A stretch of 64,000 nt of DNA. Source: Lama guanicoe (taxonomy: Eukaryota). Made by a program: the position numbers and the translations under genes. Where the stretch lies: positions 10,261,186 to 10,325,185 of the forward strand of contig MU054323.1 in NCBI GenBank assembly GCA_013239625.1, given 5' to 3'. Positions 38,943-53,100 of this stretch are shown piece after piece (the first letter of the stretch is position 1; every line of letters begins with the position of its first letter). The notes below the pieces were generated by a model that was not told the DNA's origin, did not search any database, and saw only the letters and a list, made by a program, of their open reading frames with translations.

Positions 38943-41914
38943 GGTTTCTTGGGCTGTGTGTCCCCTCCCAAGCTAGTGAGATCGGGTCATCTCCAGGAGC
39001 CAGCACACAAAGAAAGAAGGGCAAGGACCCCTGGGGAGCATCATCTGACTCTGCGGATCACATAGGGAGACCAGAAGGAAGATGGGAACTTGGGCCTCTT
39101 GCTCCTCAGATCACTTTTTTGGCCAGCCCTTGCAGAACCATACAAATTCTTCAATCTCGTTTAGTCCCTTACATCCTCCATACTATTGGTGGAGTACAAC
39201 CAGCCCCTTGGAGCAAGTGGGGGGTTGGAGGGCTGTCCAGAGCTAGAAAGCACCTATGCCTACACGTCTCAGACAGAATGGGACACTCGCCCCACTTTCC
39301 TCAGGATACACTGACATTTCCAGCACCAGCCTCATCTGCTACCATCTGCTGCTGTGCTGACCTGAGGTTTGGAGGGCTCAGATGGTGCCAGGGATGGCAC
39401 TGCTCCCCAAGGAGAGAAGACCCAGGAAAAGGATGTGGTGGGTTCCCTTCTCTCTGACACAAATATCTATAATAAGATGAAATAGTAGCTTTCTCTGTTT
39501 GGTGGAGGCAGAGTTTTGAAAGGTAGAGTGGAATGAAGAATGGGCTGTGTACTTGGTGGGACCCTGGGCAAGTCAATGAAACTTGTTATGTGCTATCCTG
39601 GTTTTTAAAAACCTATGTAATGTGAATATTTTCATAGTGGGAGCCTTTTTTTGGTATGGGAGATTCTAGTTCATTGTTCCTGTTTCATATATTTTTTTTA
39701 ATTAGAAATCTATACTTCCTCAGGCAGTGTTATAAATTACATATCTCCTCCTCTGCCTTTAAGCAAAGATTATTTGAGCACCTACTATGAGTCAGGCACT
39801 GTGTCTGTCGCTGGGAGTGTAGCGATGCGTAAGACACGGACCTTGAACTTGAGGAATACGTACAGACTTGTAATTCATACTATTCACTGACCAGGAGATT
39901 TCAAAAGTCCCTATTGGTTCTGCCCCCATAGGGCTAGACTGTACACAACCTGAGAAAACATTGAATCTGGGTAGTGAGAAAAGAATTCAAGAAAGACTTT
40001 GAAGAACTGAATGCCTCAGAGAATGGTAGAGCTACAGACAGAAGAATCACTCAGGAGAGAGGCGTGGGGTTGGAGACCATGTTGAAGGGTGGGTGGGAAG
40101 CCATTCGGGTAACTAGGGACCCAGCTGCTTTGCTTCTAATACCAGCAGCCCAGGTACCTCCTAAATTCCAGACTTTGTGCCTGGGGAGAGAAGAGGCTGA
40201 GAACACATTTTCAGAGGCACTGAGAGTTGTGAAAAATATATGCATCTCTTGACTTGTAAACTGAGCTGTGGATATTACCAAGACAATCTTGAGCAGATCT
40301 GAACATCCGGTTATCCTAAAGGGGTACCTTATTGTCGTTTTGAGCGACTACTTCTTAAACCAGGCTCACAGGCCGGATCTGTCTCACTGCTTTGCACTCC
40401 TGATTGTGGAAACTTAGCAATCAAAAGCAACAACTTGTTACCAACATCACAGTAAATCAGTGTTAGAAATAGGATTTAAAGCTCAGAATTGCTAATCTAC
40501 TCCTTGCTCCAATGAGCTGGGATGTTTTCTGAGCAAGAAACAAGGCCAGATCCTTCCAGAGTCATGAATGTTTGATTTGTACATATCAATGCCTGGTTGC
40601 ACACTGCATTGCTGAGCCTCCAGCTGCTCTCTCCCCCTCTTCTAGGAGGACTGACCCAAGCCTGTCCTGGGCCAGTGGCGCCATTTGGTAGGCAGCAGCA
40701 GAACGGGCCTCTTCTCCTCCAGCTCCTCTTCCTCCTCTCTGAGCTCCACTCTGGGGCTCAGACCATTTCACATTTGGTCTCTGACGAGAGCCTCCAATAG
40801 TCGCCATGCTCTGGTTTCCATCCTCCAGCCCATGTCTGTGCTCAAAGGCTGTCTACTCCCCATATCCCAGTGTCCAAAATACTTGACCTAATATTCACAC
40901 TCACCCTCTCCAAGGACCCTGCTCCGGATTCTCTGACTAGCCTACTTGGTTTTTCTTGAACCCACATAAAACATTCCCGTCTCTAAACCTCTGCTCACTC
41001 TGATGGTCTTCTCTGGAATGCCCTTGTCCCTTTCCCATTTCCCTAAGATCTAAATTTTTCTCGAGGTTCAGCTTATAATAAGCCCATTTTCTCCATGACA
41101 GTTCCCGTGACACATGAAGATCATTGCGCCATCTGAACACTGGCCACACTCTGTCAGACCCAGCACAACACTCCGGGTGTTGCTGTTCGCCTCTCAACGT
41201 GTATGCTCTGTGTCCCCCACAGCATGCAGTCCTGTGATGCAGCAAGAGGCTGAGTCATACACTCTGTTCCATCCTCTGCACTCGATGGGGGCTTAATATG
41301 TGTTGCTGACAATGTGATAGCCAACGACACTTCTCTAGTCACTTGATCCCCTGTCTTGCCCACAAGACACCTGGATCTGACATTTTATGCCAGTGACTTA
41401 CACATGTGGTTGACCATCAAATCATTTAGGAAACTTAAAGGGAATTTTTTTTATTCTTGGGCCTAGAATGCGATCTACTGAATCAGAATCTCTGTGTATG
41501 GGGCCTAGGACTCTGCTTTAAAACAAGTTTCCCAGGTGATCATAATGTTCAGTCAAGTTTGTGAACTACTGTCCTATCCTATCCTGCTAGTTTGAAGCGT
41601 TTTCAAAATACTTACTCCAGTTTATTTGTTGAATTGTTTTGTTTAGTTTTTAGAAAAGAAAAATTTAGAGAAATTCTGAAGTGTTTTATGCCAGAAAGCG
41701 AGGTCTTGCTACATCATTAAATTCTGGGAATGAAGCAGTCATGCCTTAGAATAGATCCTGAAATCGATTTCAGCCTTGAATTATGAAGTTCTTGGAGAAG
41801 ACTGATCAATGCTCAGAGGAGCTAAATAAGGACTCAGTATTCTCAAGTAATTCTCTGATAGATGCCCAGAGATGGGGGCTGTATTCCTTGGCCTATTCCA
41901 TGATACAACATACA

Positions 41915-42320
41915 CATACATATTTTTTTCATCAAACCTACTTCCCTTTTTCCTGGACACACAGCTGACTGCATTCCCCAGCATCCACTGCAGTTTGTTA
42001 TCGCTAGGTGACTGTGTGGTAGCCAGTGGAAAGTGAGCAGAAGGGATGATTCATAAAAACCTCCCTATGTGAGTCCCTCACGCTCTTTCCCCATTGGATG
42101 TCTGAATGCAAAGGATTTCAAAACTGGAGAAAAGGGTGGCTCCACAAAGAGAAGGAGCCTGGATCTCAAATGATGGGATGGCACATTCTTTCTGGACTTC
42201 ACATGAGTAACCAACTGGCACATTAATTCCGGATTTCACATGAGCAAGAAATACATTTCTTTCTTGTATAGCCCTGAGGGTTGGAGGTTTAATGTTACTC
42301 TGGGTAGTATTACCCCATGT
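41915..42320 (+). mobile_element. MaLR solo LTR (MLT1J-like)
   Basis: cttcccttttcctggacacacagct..ccccagcatccactgcagtt, gccagtggaaagtgagcagaag, cataaaaacctccc and ggatttcacatgagcaagaaata. Confidence 0.7.
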
Positions 42321-45300
42321 AGCATAAGCCTAGTTACTCAGGTGTGTTAAATTCACCTGACATAGTCAGGTTGACAACTAACCTACTCCTGGGGGTGGGG
42401 TGACGGGTAAAGTTAGCTCTTGGCTGGCTGCAGGCCTCTAAGCACAGCTCCCCTCACAGGTAGAGGCTCACCCCCGCACACCACTCCAGGACTAGGGACA
42501 TTCCTGGGGGAGGCGAAATGGATTTTAAGGGTGTGGTCTAGTGGTTGGGATACTAGTTCCTGCCTCCCTCTGGGAAGGTAAGGACAGTAAGGCCAAGACG
42601 CTTGTGAAATGCCTTGAGCTCGATGGGTTTGGTCAGTGCAATTCACACTGCTTGGTCTAACACTGCCGGGAGCCCATTACCTTCTCTCAGTTCAGAGAAC
42701 TGACTCAGCCTGCTGTTGACAAGCATGGTGAGGCCCTCAGCCCCTGGGCCTTCAGGAGGGGACACAGGTGCTGCCATAGCTGGTTAGGGGCAGGGAGCAC
42801 CTGTTGTTTTCTTTACTCCCTGTGAGGGGGCACTGTAAGGGCTGGGTTTTGCCTGCAGATATGGACTGGGGGCAGCCAGACTCACATCAGGGGTGTAGGC
42901 ACCACCCCAGAAGAGCAGAGCCTTGAGATCTTCCCCTCCCCTCTGCCCTCACTTCTGGTTTTGGAGCCTGTGGAGCTGCTACTGAGTGAGTCCCTGTTAG
43001 GAATGAATGAACAAATGCAAGTCTGCCCCAGGCAACACTCATCACTCTCTGCTTCTGCTGGCATGGGTTTATCTGGCAGAGGGAGAACCCCAGACTGGCT
43101 ACTAGAGGGGTGCTGGTTTGGAAGCGAGGAGCCCAAAAGTTGTGGCTTTACTGGGGGTCACACAGTTCTTGCTTTCTGAGCCTCCCCATCCCTGGTGCTT
43201 TCTGCCCTCTGATGCAACAGGCTTGCTTTCCTGTCAGCCTCCCCTAATAGACAACATTCCAAAGGGCTGGGCTGTACTGTTGTCTAGCTGTGCCCATCAC
43301 CTGGCATTCTTACTGGGTAGGCAGTAAGTGTTGGCTGGATAAATAAATACATAATACCTGGATGACTTTGGAGGTTAGTACTGTTTCACATTGGAGCAGA
43401 GTGCTCTCTGGTGAAGTGGAAGGAGAGGGAGCAAGGGCTCAAAGGAGAAGCCTCGCTGTTTAACTGCCTGTAGGTCCTTGATTTAACCCCTCTATGCCTT
43501 TGCCTTATGAGCTGAAAATGGGGGGTGACATCTGACCAAGCTACTCAGGGGTGTGGGACATGGTGGGCACCTCACGCTGTGAAAGAGTAAAGTACTGGGA
43601 AAGGAGGTCATAGCTGCTGTGGGTGCAGGAACCACGGGGTAGGGCATCACAGGGAGATTTAGCAGCTGCTGTGGCAGTCAGAGCAGCCTGCCCAGCAGAG
43701 GGGCAGCAGGCAGGGTTTGTGGGGTGTGACATTCACTACTCTCATAGGCATCCTCCTCACTGGGGAAGGAGTGGGGAGGCAAAGCAGTTACAAATGGAAT
43801 TTCTGGACAAGGAGGGGCAGGCAGAGGTGAAGAACACATGCAGGGCCTGACCCTCTGCCGACTTCTCCTGGGGACTGGTTGGCCTGAATTTTCTGTCAAT
43901 TCTTATGGAAGGGAACTTTATTCTCTATTAAAGGTGATTCATTAAATGTATAACTAAATGTATTTATTTTTATGCTTTTGTTAGACGTGATACATTAATA
44001 CATTTGCAAATAAAAGATGCCAATCAGAGTGTACGCTCTAGTTTTGGAGTAGAGATAGTCAAAGGCATTTCAAGTCACTCGAGTGCTGACTTGAAATGGA
44101 AAAGGGGAGAATTTCCCTGTGTGGGTGATGCTGCCCGGCTGGAGGTGTGAGAAGGAAGGCAGGCCAGGTGGGGCTGGGTGGGGAGAGGTCTTTAGCAGGA
44201 CTTGGTAGTGGGGAATTAGGATGATGGATTTCAGTGGGTGGATGAAGCAAAGGAAACCAACTTGAAATGAATGAGATGTGACCTAAAAAAAACTCCCAAA
44301 GCAAGATATTTTGTTAATTATTATGGCTACCATTTACCAAGTTTTCTACTACATGCCAAGCACAATGCAAGCATTTCTTCACACATGTACATAGGAAGCA
44401 GAGTAGCCTCAGGATGAAGAGGAAATTATTGTACCTCTTTAGACCTTAGATTCCTCTTATAAAAAGGGGGATTAATTATAGTATCTACCCCATGGAACTG
44501 TTTTAAGGATGAAACGAGTTAATGCACTGTAAGTACTTATTACAGTGACTACCACACAGTGAATACTCAACAAACGCTAGCTCTAATCATCACCATTTAT
44601 AACTACCATGGCTCTGCAAGGAAGCTGTGATTCAACTTACACAAATCTGAACACAACTTTTTCAGGGGTGTGTACAGACCTGCAGACGAAGGTTCATTGG
44701 AAATCTCTGGATTTCCACTCTGGATTTTCATTCACTGAGTACTTCTCTATTCAGGTAAGAATAAATAATGAAAATGTCCTTTTAATGCCCTTCTCACCAC
44801 AGAAGATGCCACACAAAGAGAGAGTATTGTGTATATAAAACAAGGATTCTGTGGATGAGAAACAAGAATGGAAGAGGGAGAAATCTTGGCTCTGTGGAGT
44901 TTCTGGTCGAAGCACATGAAACCATAACTCTCAGTCTAACTGATCCCATTTGAAAGATGCATTTGCGAAACACACTACTTGTCATTAGGACCAAGGATGC
45001 AAAGGGAACAGAAATGTAAATATCTCCAGAGGGAACACTGTTTCTTGTTAGACTGTGTATATGTATATATAATGATTAGTTAGGCTCAGGGATGGATCCT
45101 ACACACGTGACAAGTTACGTACTTCCTACTTGGCTATATGACTGCAGTGATTTGTGAGGCATGATCTGATCCAGGGTGTTTCCAAATCTACCTTGTAATG
45201 AGTTGAACTTACCACCCACTTCTGCTCTGTAAGCATGTTAAAGCTTAGGATGGTGTGGGAGCATTATGTTTAATTTATTAGGATATACAATTATAAAGAG

Positions 45301-45499
45301 GAAAACTAGGGGTATGCCCCTGCAAGAGACTGAGAGAGTAAGAGGAAAGAACTTGCCTTTCTTCCATTTTGAGAAAAGGTAGAATTAATTCCCGCAGAAA
45401 GAGTGGCAATTGAGTGGTGGGGGGTGGGGGAGCTGATGATATGGGGAGAGAACAGAGAAAACTAGTTATATGAGGTAGATGTAAAGGAATGACATAACT

Positions 45500-45645
45500 T
45501 TTAAGCACACATCAAACCATTATTTGAACTGGTGCTGTCCTTCAAAATTACCTTGAGGGCACATATTTGTATTCCAAGGATGTTGTCACTGCTCAAAACG
45601 TCTTGGGCACTGCTCTTGGAGAGTTTCAGTGCTATTTCTAGTATG
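45500..45645. mobile_element. Mariner-type DNA transposon fragment (MARNA-like)
   Basis: gtccttcaaaattaccttgagggc..tattccaaggatgttgtcactgctcaaaac resembles MARNA as I recall it; short and degenerate. Confidence 0.45.
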
Positions 45646-46224
45646 GTTGTAAATTTAATATCATTTCATAATGATGACAGACTATGGCATTATTTCTATC
45701 ACTTTGCCTGCTGTAAATGGACAGAAGAAATATCCTTCCATGGATCAATGCCTCCCTGTCAGCAGCTTTTGCACACCTATGGTATAGTCTCTGAGTCTTT
45801 GCAGAAGGACTACTGTGTGGTGGGAGCAATCTGAATATAGCTCTTTACTCTCAAGTGCCCAGTTCTGGCTCTTCCTACTCACATGGACCAGGGCACACAA
45901 TTAAGATCAAAGTCTTTCTTACAAAGTGATTCTGACAGGACAGTGCCCAGAGACAAAGAAAGCACAGGTACCAGTGAAATCTCTAAAGAGAATTCCTTGT
46001 CATAAGAGTAACAAATGCTGTTTGGGTTTATCTGATGGGACACAGGTATTGCTTTGATATACAGAACACTTTGTAGTAGTATTTCTTATAATGTTTTTAT
46101 CTGTTTTTTAGATGCAGGCTGAAGAGAAGGAATGTTAGATGAATTCCAACAAGTGAAATTCTCAGTTAATTCAGCTGGAATTTGAAAATATATGCAGTTT
46201 CCCTTAATGCCTCATTCTGTCAAC

Positions 46225-46830
46225 ATGCATTTATTGGGCATACGATGTGTTAGGAATGTTACTAGGTAATCAGGAAACTGATACATAAGACAGACCTGAT
46301 CCATGCCTTGTTGATGTGTATATTCAGATTTTTAAAAAACAGATAGCAAAGAGTGATAAGTTATTATAGGGGTGTTTCAAGAGTCATATGATATATTGTA
46401 GGTATACTATACAGTCTGGGGGTCTGAGGAGGCTTCTTTAAAAAATTAAGGAAGAGTGGTCAGGGAGATGGAAGTTAGAGGAAGAACATGCAGGTAGAGA
46501 GAATGTCAGGTGCAAAAGCCTGGATTTAAGAACTTAGCACAGTGAAATTGAGTTGAAAGTTCAGTGAGGTTACCAGGTAGAGTAACAGAAGAATGTATAA
46601 AAAGGGGCTGGTGAGGTTATAATCGGAAGATCACATGTGGGTCTAAATGAAGGTCTTTTTAAAGGAGATTAAAAGGCACTCTAAAAACCATGGAAACCAT
46701 GGATGGATTTTTTAAATGGGATATGATTAGATATACATTTCAAAAAATTTGTTCCAGCCTCCCTGTGTAGACTGGATTGGGTGGGGATAAAAAATGGAGA
46801 CAAGAAGACAAGACAGGAGGTCACCGCCAT
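46225..46830 (-). mobile_element. LINE-2 fragment (other L2 pieces near 8190-9000, 22590, 39770, 40780-41150, 51600-52350, 53980, 54535)
   Basis: catttattgggca.., gtgcaaaagcctgga, gatatgattagatatacatttcaaaaa and gagacaagaagacaagacaggagg, which is the reverse complement of the L2 3' region. Confidence 0.7.
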
Positions 46831-47030
46831 TTCTAGGCAGAGGCTAGTTTCATGTAATGCCCCGGGGTTATGACCGGTGTCAAAGCAGTGGAGTTCTTTA
46901 GGGTTAATCTATAAGCCCTAATAAAGTTGCTTTTAAAAACTCTGTAGTGTGGAGGCCGGGGAACCTGGGAGCAGAGGTGATTTGGGATGCACAGGGAATG
47001 ACGTTCCTGCCCTTTCAAGGACCCTGGCTG

Positions 47031-47057
47031 GGAGCTGTCCAAGAGGCAGGTGCTGAA
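47031..47057 (-). promoter_or_regulatory. Candidate non-canonical RE1/NRSE (REST binding site) with an 8-bp spacer
   Basis: Minus strand reads TTCAGCACC tgcctctt GGACAGCTCC: both RE1 half-sites in the correct order and orientation. Confidence 0.6.
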
Positions 47058-49599
47058 TAGCCGAAAACAGGACGTGCCTAATAAGGACACTTCATGGGAT
47101 GTGGGCAGTTTGTACAACGTGCTAATGCCTATCTGAGGGTCAGGAGGAAGGGAGCTGGTCTTTTTTTTATCCATTTTTTCTCCTTTCCTTATTTATTTGT
47201 TTCCTCTACCTTCTCCATCCACCCATTTTCATTTTCTGGCAATCTAGGCAGCTATAGCTCACTCTCTCTGAAAGGTAGAGGGAAGCGTGTGCTTCCCTTT
47301 ATAAGGAGTGGACAGAGCATTGATGATCGCAAATTCATAAAAACTCTCACCCCTATCTTAGGGTGTATGAATGGTTATTATTGCTAAATTGGCCATCTCA
47401 GCCTCTTCTGAGGCATTAGTCTGGGATATATCATTATTAGTATATTACAATTATTAGTAGTAGTTATTACTGACAAAGCATTTACTATGAGCCAGGTAGT
47501 TCATCAAACACTTTAGTTCCCCAAGCTGAAGAGGTAGACTTTATTATTTCTGTTTAATAGAATGTGGCTTGACTTGGAAGCTCAGTGGATGTGATTTGTG
47601 CTATTTATTCAATAAATTATCTGAGGCTATACAACTAAGGGATGATGATGGAGAAGGACATGGGAAATAAAACTCCTTGATATGTATTATATATAGATGC
47701 TTCTGACAGTCATTTTATTTGGTCTCATAGCACTCCTATGGAGTTGTACTGATATTATACTCATTTTGCAGATGTGGGTGCTGAGGCCCCGAGAGGCTCA
47801 GTAATTGGCTGAGGTCACATAACTAGTAAGTGGCTGAGCAGGCTTTTAAACTTGGGACTCTTTGACTCTAAGCCAATGCTCTGTTATCCACAGTTCTCTA
47901 GTTTTACAGGCCAGTCACATTGACAGTCTGGATGGGTCTTACCAAGTGAGAACTGCTGTGCCTCATTCACCTGCAGTTCCATTTGCCTCTGGATCTTGGT
48001 GCCTCCTATATCATCTCTAGCTCTGGGAGGGGGGAGCATCCTATATCAGAGCACAGCAATGGTGTGCAGGCTCCCAGTGAATGGGGCCACTCATGTAGTT
48101 GCACACTTAATAGGTTACGAGGCATCATCCAGCCAAGCTGGCCTTTGTCTGAATCCCCACTGGACAGTTTGTTCTCAGTATCAATACTGGAAACGTCAGT
48201 CTGGTAAACAGTCTTTAGCAAGAAGAAGGGAGGCTGAGAACAAAGTCTCCTTCAAACAAAACTCTAGCAGATGAGAGTGAGCAGAATCAACATCTTACTT
48301 GCTTTAAATCCCCTGGAGTGGCTATGAAAGAGAGAGGACTTGCTGGATTGAGGAGAAAAAAATCCTTTTGATTCATCTGAATTAATTTAGCTTCTCTGGG
48401 GAGGGAGGGAGGGTTCTGGCATCCCCTCCTGTTCTCCATCCCTGCACAAAGCCCTCACAATCCCGAAGGACAAAAGACCAGTCTATGGTGAGAGTGTCCA
48501 CAATGCTCCTTCCTCCACTTTAATTAAATCCATTTATTCTGGGGACAGCAGTGCGCCTTGGGATGTCCAAGTGCTTTGATCTTTAACCCACACACATCTG
48601 AAGGAGTGGGAAGCTGGTGCTCAGAGGACAATGGCTTCTTCCTACGACAGCACAGCTCAAGTTATGAGCTCTTGGAAATAGCACACTCTGAAGTCTAGGT
48701 GAAGAATCTGAGACCCAGCTTTACATTTACAAAGCTTCGTGCCAACTGGCATCACTCTCTGCTTTGCTCTTATTTTTCAAAGGATCCACTAGGGTGGCAA
48801 TTTGAATGTGTTTTGAGAGTCAAATACAGAGGCTGCTCTGGATTGTAGGGTTTGATATTTAGCCTATTAAAGATGGCTTTTCCCTTCCAGATTCATTAAT
48901 CTGTCCCATTTAAAGAAATGATCCCTGCCCCCTTCTTTGGTCTGGAACAGACCAGCACCAACCTTCGAGGTTTCAGTCATACCCAAGACATGGCAGAGCA
49001 TCACGGGAGCTGCTGCTGGTCAGGCACTGCCTGCTCCAGGCTGACTGTAGTGGCAGACTGGTGCCGTCCTGGGGAGACAAGTGGCAGCTGACCAGAGCAG
49101 TTCCTGCTCCATTTCAGAGCCACACAGAGTTAACCATCTTCTAGTCCAACCTTTTCAGTTTAAAGACTAGGAAACTGAGGCCCAGAGATATTCAAGGTCA
49201 CGAAGGTCATTAGTCTTGGAATCTAAACAGCAACCACAGCCTCTGGTAGAAGCACTCTTCTGTTTACTGAAGAATTTCCCATCCACCTGTTTCAGGCACC
49301 AGACTCCACAGAGCACTGGGCTTGGACTGGCCTGAGCACCAGCCTCGCTCCAATGTCAACTTGCTGATGCTTCACCTCTTTGGTTCTCAGTGAATGAGAA
49401 CCTTGTAAAAGAGCAGGAATGGGAAACATAAGGCCTAGCCTACCTAGGTCACAGGTTTTGTTGCTGTTAATAAGGAATAAATAGAATGTCAAACGGGAAA
49501 GTAAGACAAAAATGCATTAACTAAGAGAAAATGCCACATACATATAAAGCCTGATTATATTTAGGAGTCAAATGAATTGCTCAATTTTACTTTTTCCTA

Positions 49600-50109
<510 letters not shown>

Positions 50110-53100
50110 TCAAGGATTTTTCTGGAACTCAGTCGAAGTCTCCCCTGTGAGGAGCTAGTCACCCACAGCCTGATCTCACTCACTGACTCCCAAAGTGGTT
50201 TTCATTAAGGTTCGAGGAGCTGGGAGGGGAAACTAACGAGCAATTGTGGAACTTTGTTCAGGTCGATGTCATCATCCTAAATTTCACAAGATTCTGCCTC
50301 TGAGGGGGTATCAACACCAGTGAGGTATTACATGAACTTCCTAAAGAGGACCCAGAGATTCTTGTCTGTGGTCCCAATTCACTTCGTGACCTTGGGCAAG
50401 TGATTTTGTGATTCAGTTTCTTTTAGTGATTTAGCTATCATAGGTTTTTATTTCTTCCTCAAACATTGTAATAATCTTATTTGACTGGTACCATGTCATA
50501 TGTTAGCTAACTTATGACTTGATACCTGTGGCCATTCGTGGACAAAGATGAGACAAAAGTATACATATCAAGATTTTTTAACATGGTTTTCTTTCAGAAT
50601 GAGGGGCACACTTTGCCAAAAGCAAGGTACAATTATATGGTTTCATTGTGTCTCTATTAAAGGTTTCCTTGGCATTGTACCCTGACATTTGAAAGGTAAC
50701 TGTAACTAATATATCTCAGAAAGTTTAAGTAGAGTTATGCCCAGAAGCAGTATGTACTATAAACAAGGTGTCTGGTCTTTGTGTTTAAAATAATAGAGTT
50801 TGTATGTTTGGTAGAAACAATCTATAAACAACATTTAAAATTTAGGACAACTACAGCTTATCATTGCCCTCAATAATCCTGTTCAGATCCTGTAATAAAA
50901 ATGTCTATTACAGAAAAGAAGGAGAATATGTCCTATGGCAAGCTGGAGTTTTCATCAGCTATGATGACTCCTTTACTCTGATTCTCATTGCTGGAAGACA
51001 TGCTTCTCTGTAGATCACCACTGCTTTTCTTCCAGTCTCTGAGCTCATGGTTACCTCACAATTTGACCAAAGAGGTTATATGCCATGAGGCACTGAAGCA
51101 GAAGACTTCCCACGCTGTTGCATACCAACCCTTCACTAACAAGGCTGCCCTGGCACTGGGGTGCCCATGTGCTGTTCCACTTCTGAGAGCCTGAGCCTGG
51201 CAAGCCTGGTCTCTATAACCATAACCTGTTCACTTATACTCTTCCCATTTCCCCAGATCCAGTATAGCAAATACTTGTCTCTGCTGCACGTTCCAGGATA
51301 ACTTCACAAATCTGTTAAATTTTTTATTGGCCCCACTTGGCTTTCTCATTTGGTCTGGATGCCAAGAATGGAAATTTTAATCCTACTTCTGCTAACTAAG
51401 CCCTCCCAGCCCTCAGCTCATTGCCCTGCAGCACTCAGCTTGGGATGACGCTTGCCATATGCTTTTTCTTCTTTTGCTCCCTGGTCAAATATTGCTGATT
51501 CGGACCTTCCTGAAATCAGACTGTTGAACCTCAATGCCCTGGATGGTTGGTACTTATTCATCCACTGTTGACTTCCACAGTTGATTTCTTAACACACATA
51601 GCACAAAGGTGTCTCAAACTCTTCCTCAAACACTTATGCTGTCACTTCCCAGTGCTCAAGCCATTATTTTGGATCCTTCTTTACTGATAAAGTTTTGATA
51701 TATCAGATGCAATCTCCTCCAACCTCTTTTTTCCCCACAGCATATGTATCTATTTATCCATCTTCTCTATTCCTTTCCTGTCCTAGAGGAAGATGTACCT
51801 TTCACCTTCTCCTATGTTAACCCTTCCTCTTTTCACCTCCTCCTAGTCCTTGCTCTCTCAATAACAGCTTTTTCTTTCTCTTCAGACTCTCTCTACCTTC
51901 TGGCTCCTCTGTCTGCTCATCCTGGAAAAACATCCTTTATTTGATCCTGCTGGCTCCTCTGGCTTGCAGCCTATTTCCGTGCCTCCACTCAGGTGTTAAT
52001 ACCTTGGATGACTGGCCCGTAGCTGCTGCTTCTATTTCTTTGTCGCCCATTCTCTCTGTAAATTCTTTCAACCTGGCTTCTATCTTCATTCCTCTAGAGT
52101 AACATTCACCATGTCCTTTATAACTTACTCTTTGTACTCCCTCCATAGCCTCCAAAAGTGCCTCTCCTCTCCATTCCTTCTCCCTTCTAAATTCTTTTGT
52201 ATATTCCTGTCACAGTTGCCAGTTTATCACAGCCATCTGTGACTCTTCAGTGGTTTCTCGCTCCCTATCAATTAATATCAACATGTTCACATTCCCTTAT
52301 AAACCAGGCAAATCAACTTTCCCACCATTCAATGGATATTTATCAAGTATTTATGCTGCACCACATGGATCCTCCACCCTGGGATGGTCTAAAAGCTCTA
52401 GAGTCTGAAAGATCTGGATTCAAAATTTGTTCCTGCTATTTTGGTAAATCTGAAGCTCAGTTCTCTATTCTCTAAGATGGGGATAGTTTTATCTATCTTA
52501 CAGGGTTATATGGATAATTAAATGAGATAATATATTGTGCAATAAAACATTAAAAAGGAATTTGGGCCAAAGCATTGAGGCAACAGGTACTGCATTTCAA
52601 AGGGAAGTTTGAGAGCACAATGAGGCAGGGTTTTCAAGAGAGGGTGGGTAAAAATAGGGCACACAATCATTACTCCCTCAATATACTTTGGATATAAAAA
52701 AAGTTTGTGACTATTAGGAGAGGGTTTTTGGTAGGTGCTTTTCATGGTGAAGTGTTCTACCTCACTTCACCCTCCAGTGAAGAAAGTTCCCTCCTTACCC
52801 CAACTCAAGAGAGAATGGTTTTAATGATACCCCATCAAATACTTGATGGGAGCATCATGGATTAGAGTTTATCTCCCACCTGAGAAAGAAAATCTAAAAT
52901 ATAAATTAGAATGGTTAGCTGCTCTGATGGTAGAACAAAGGTAAAGTGGAAGTTTTGCGTGGCCTGCAAGCCCAGAGTTTGCTGGGGCAAAAAATACATC
53001 AGGGGCGCACACAGACTAGAGCGAGCCATGTACATGGGAGCCCATGTCGGTCATTTTAGATCTGGCCCAAGAGGGCTGCTTGGAGGGGTAACTAGAATTC

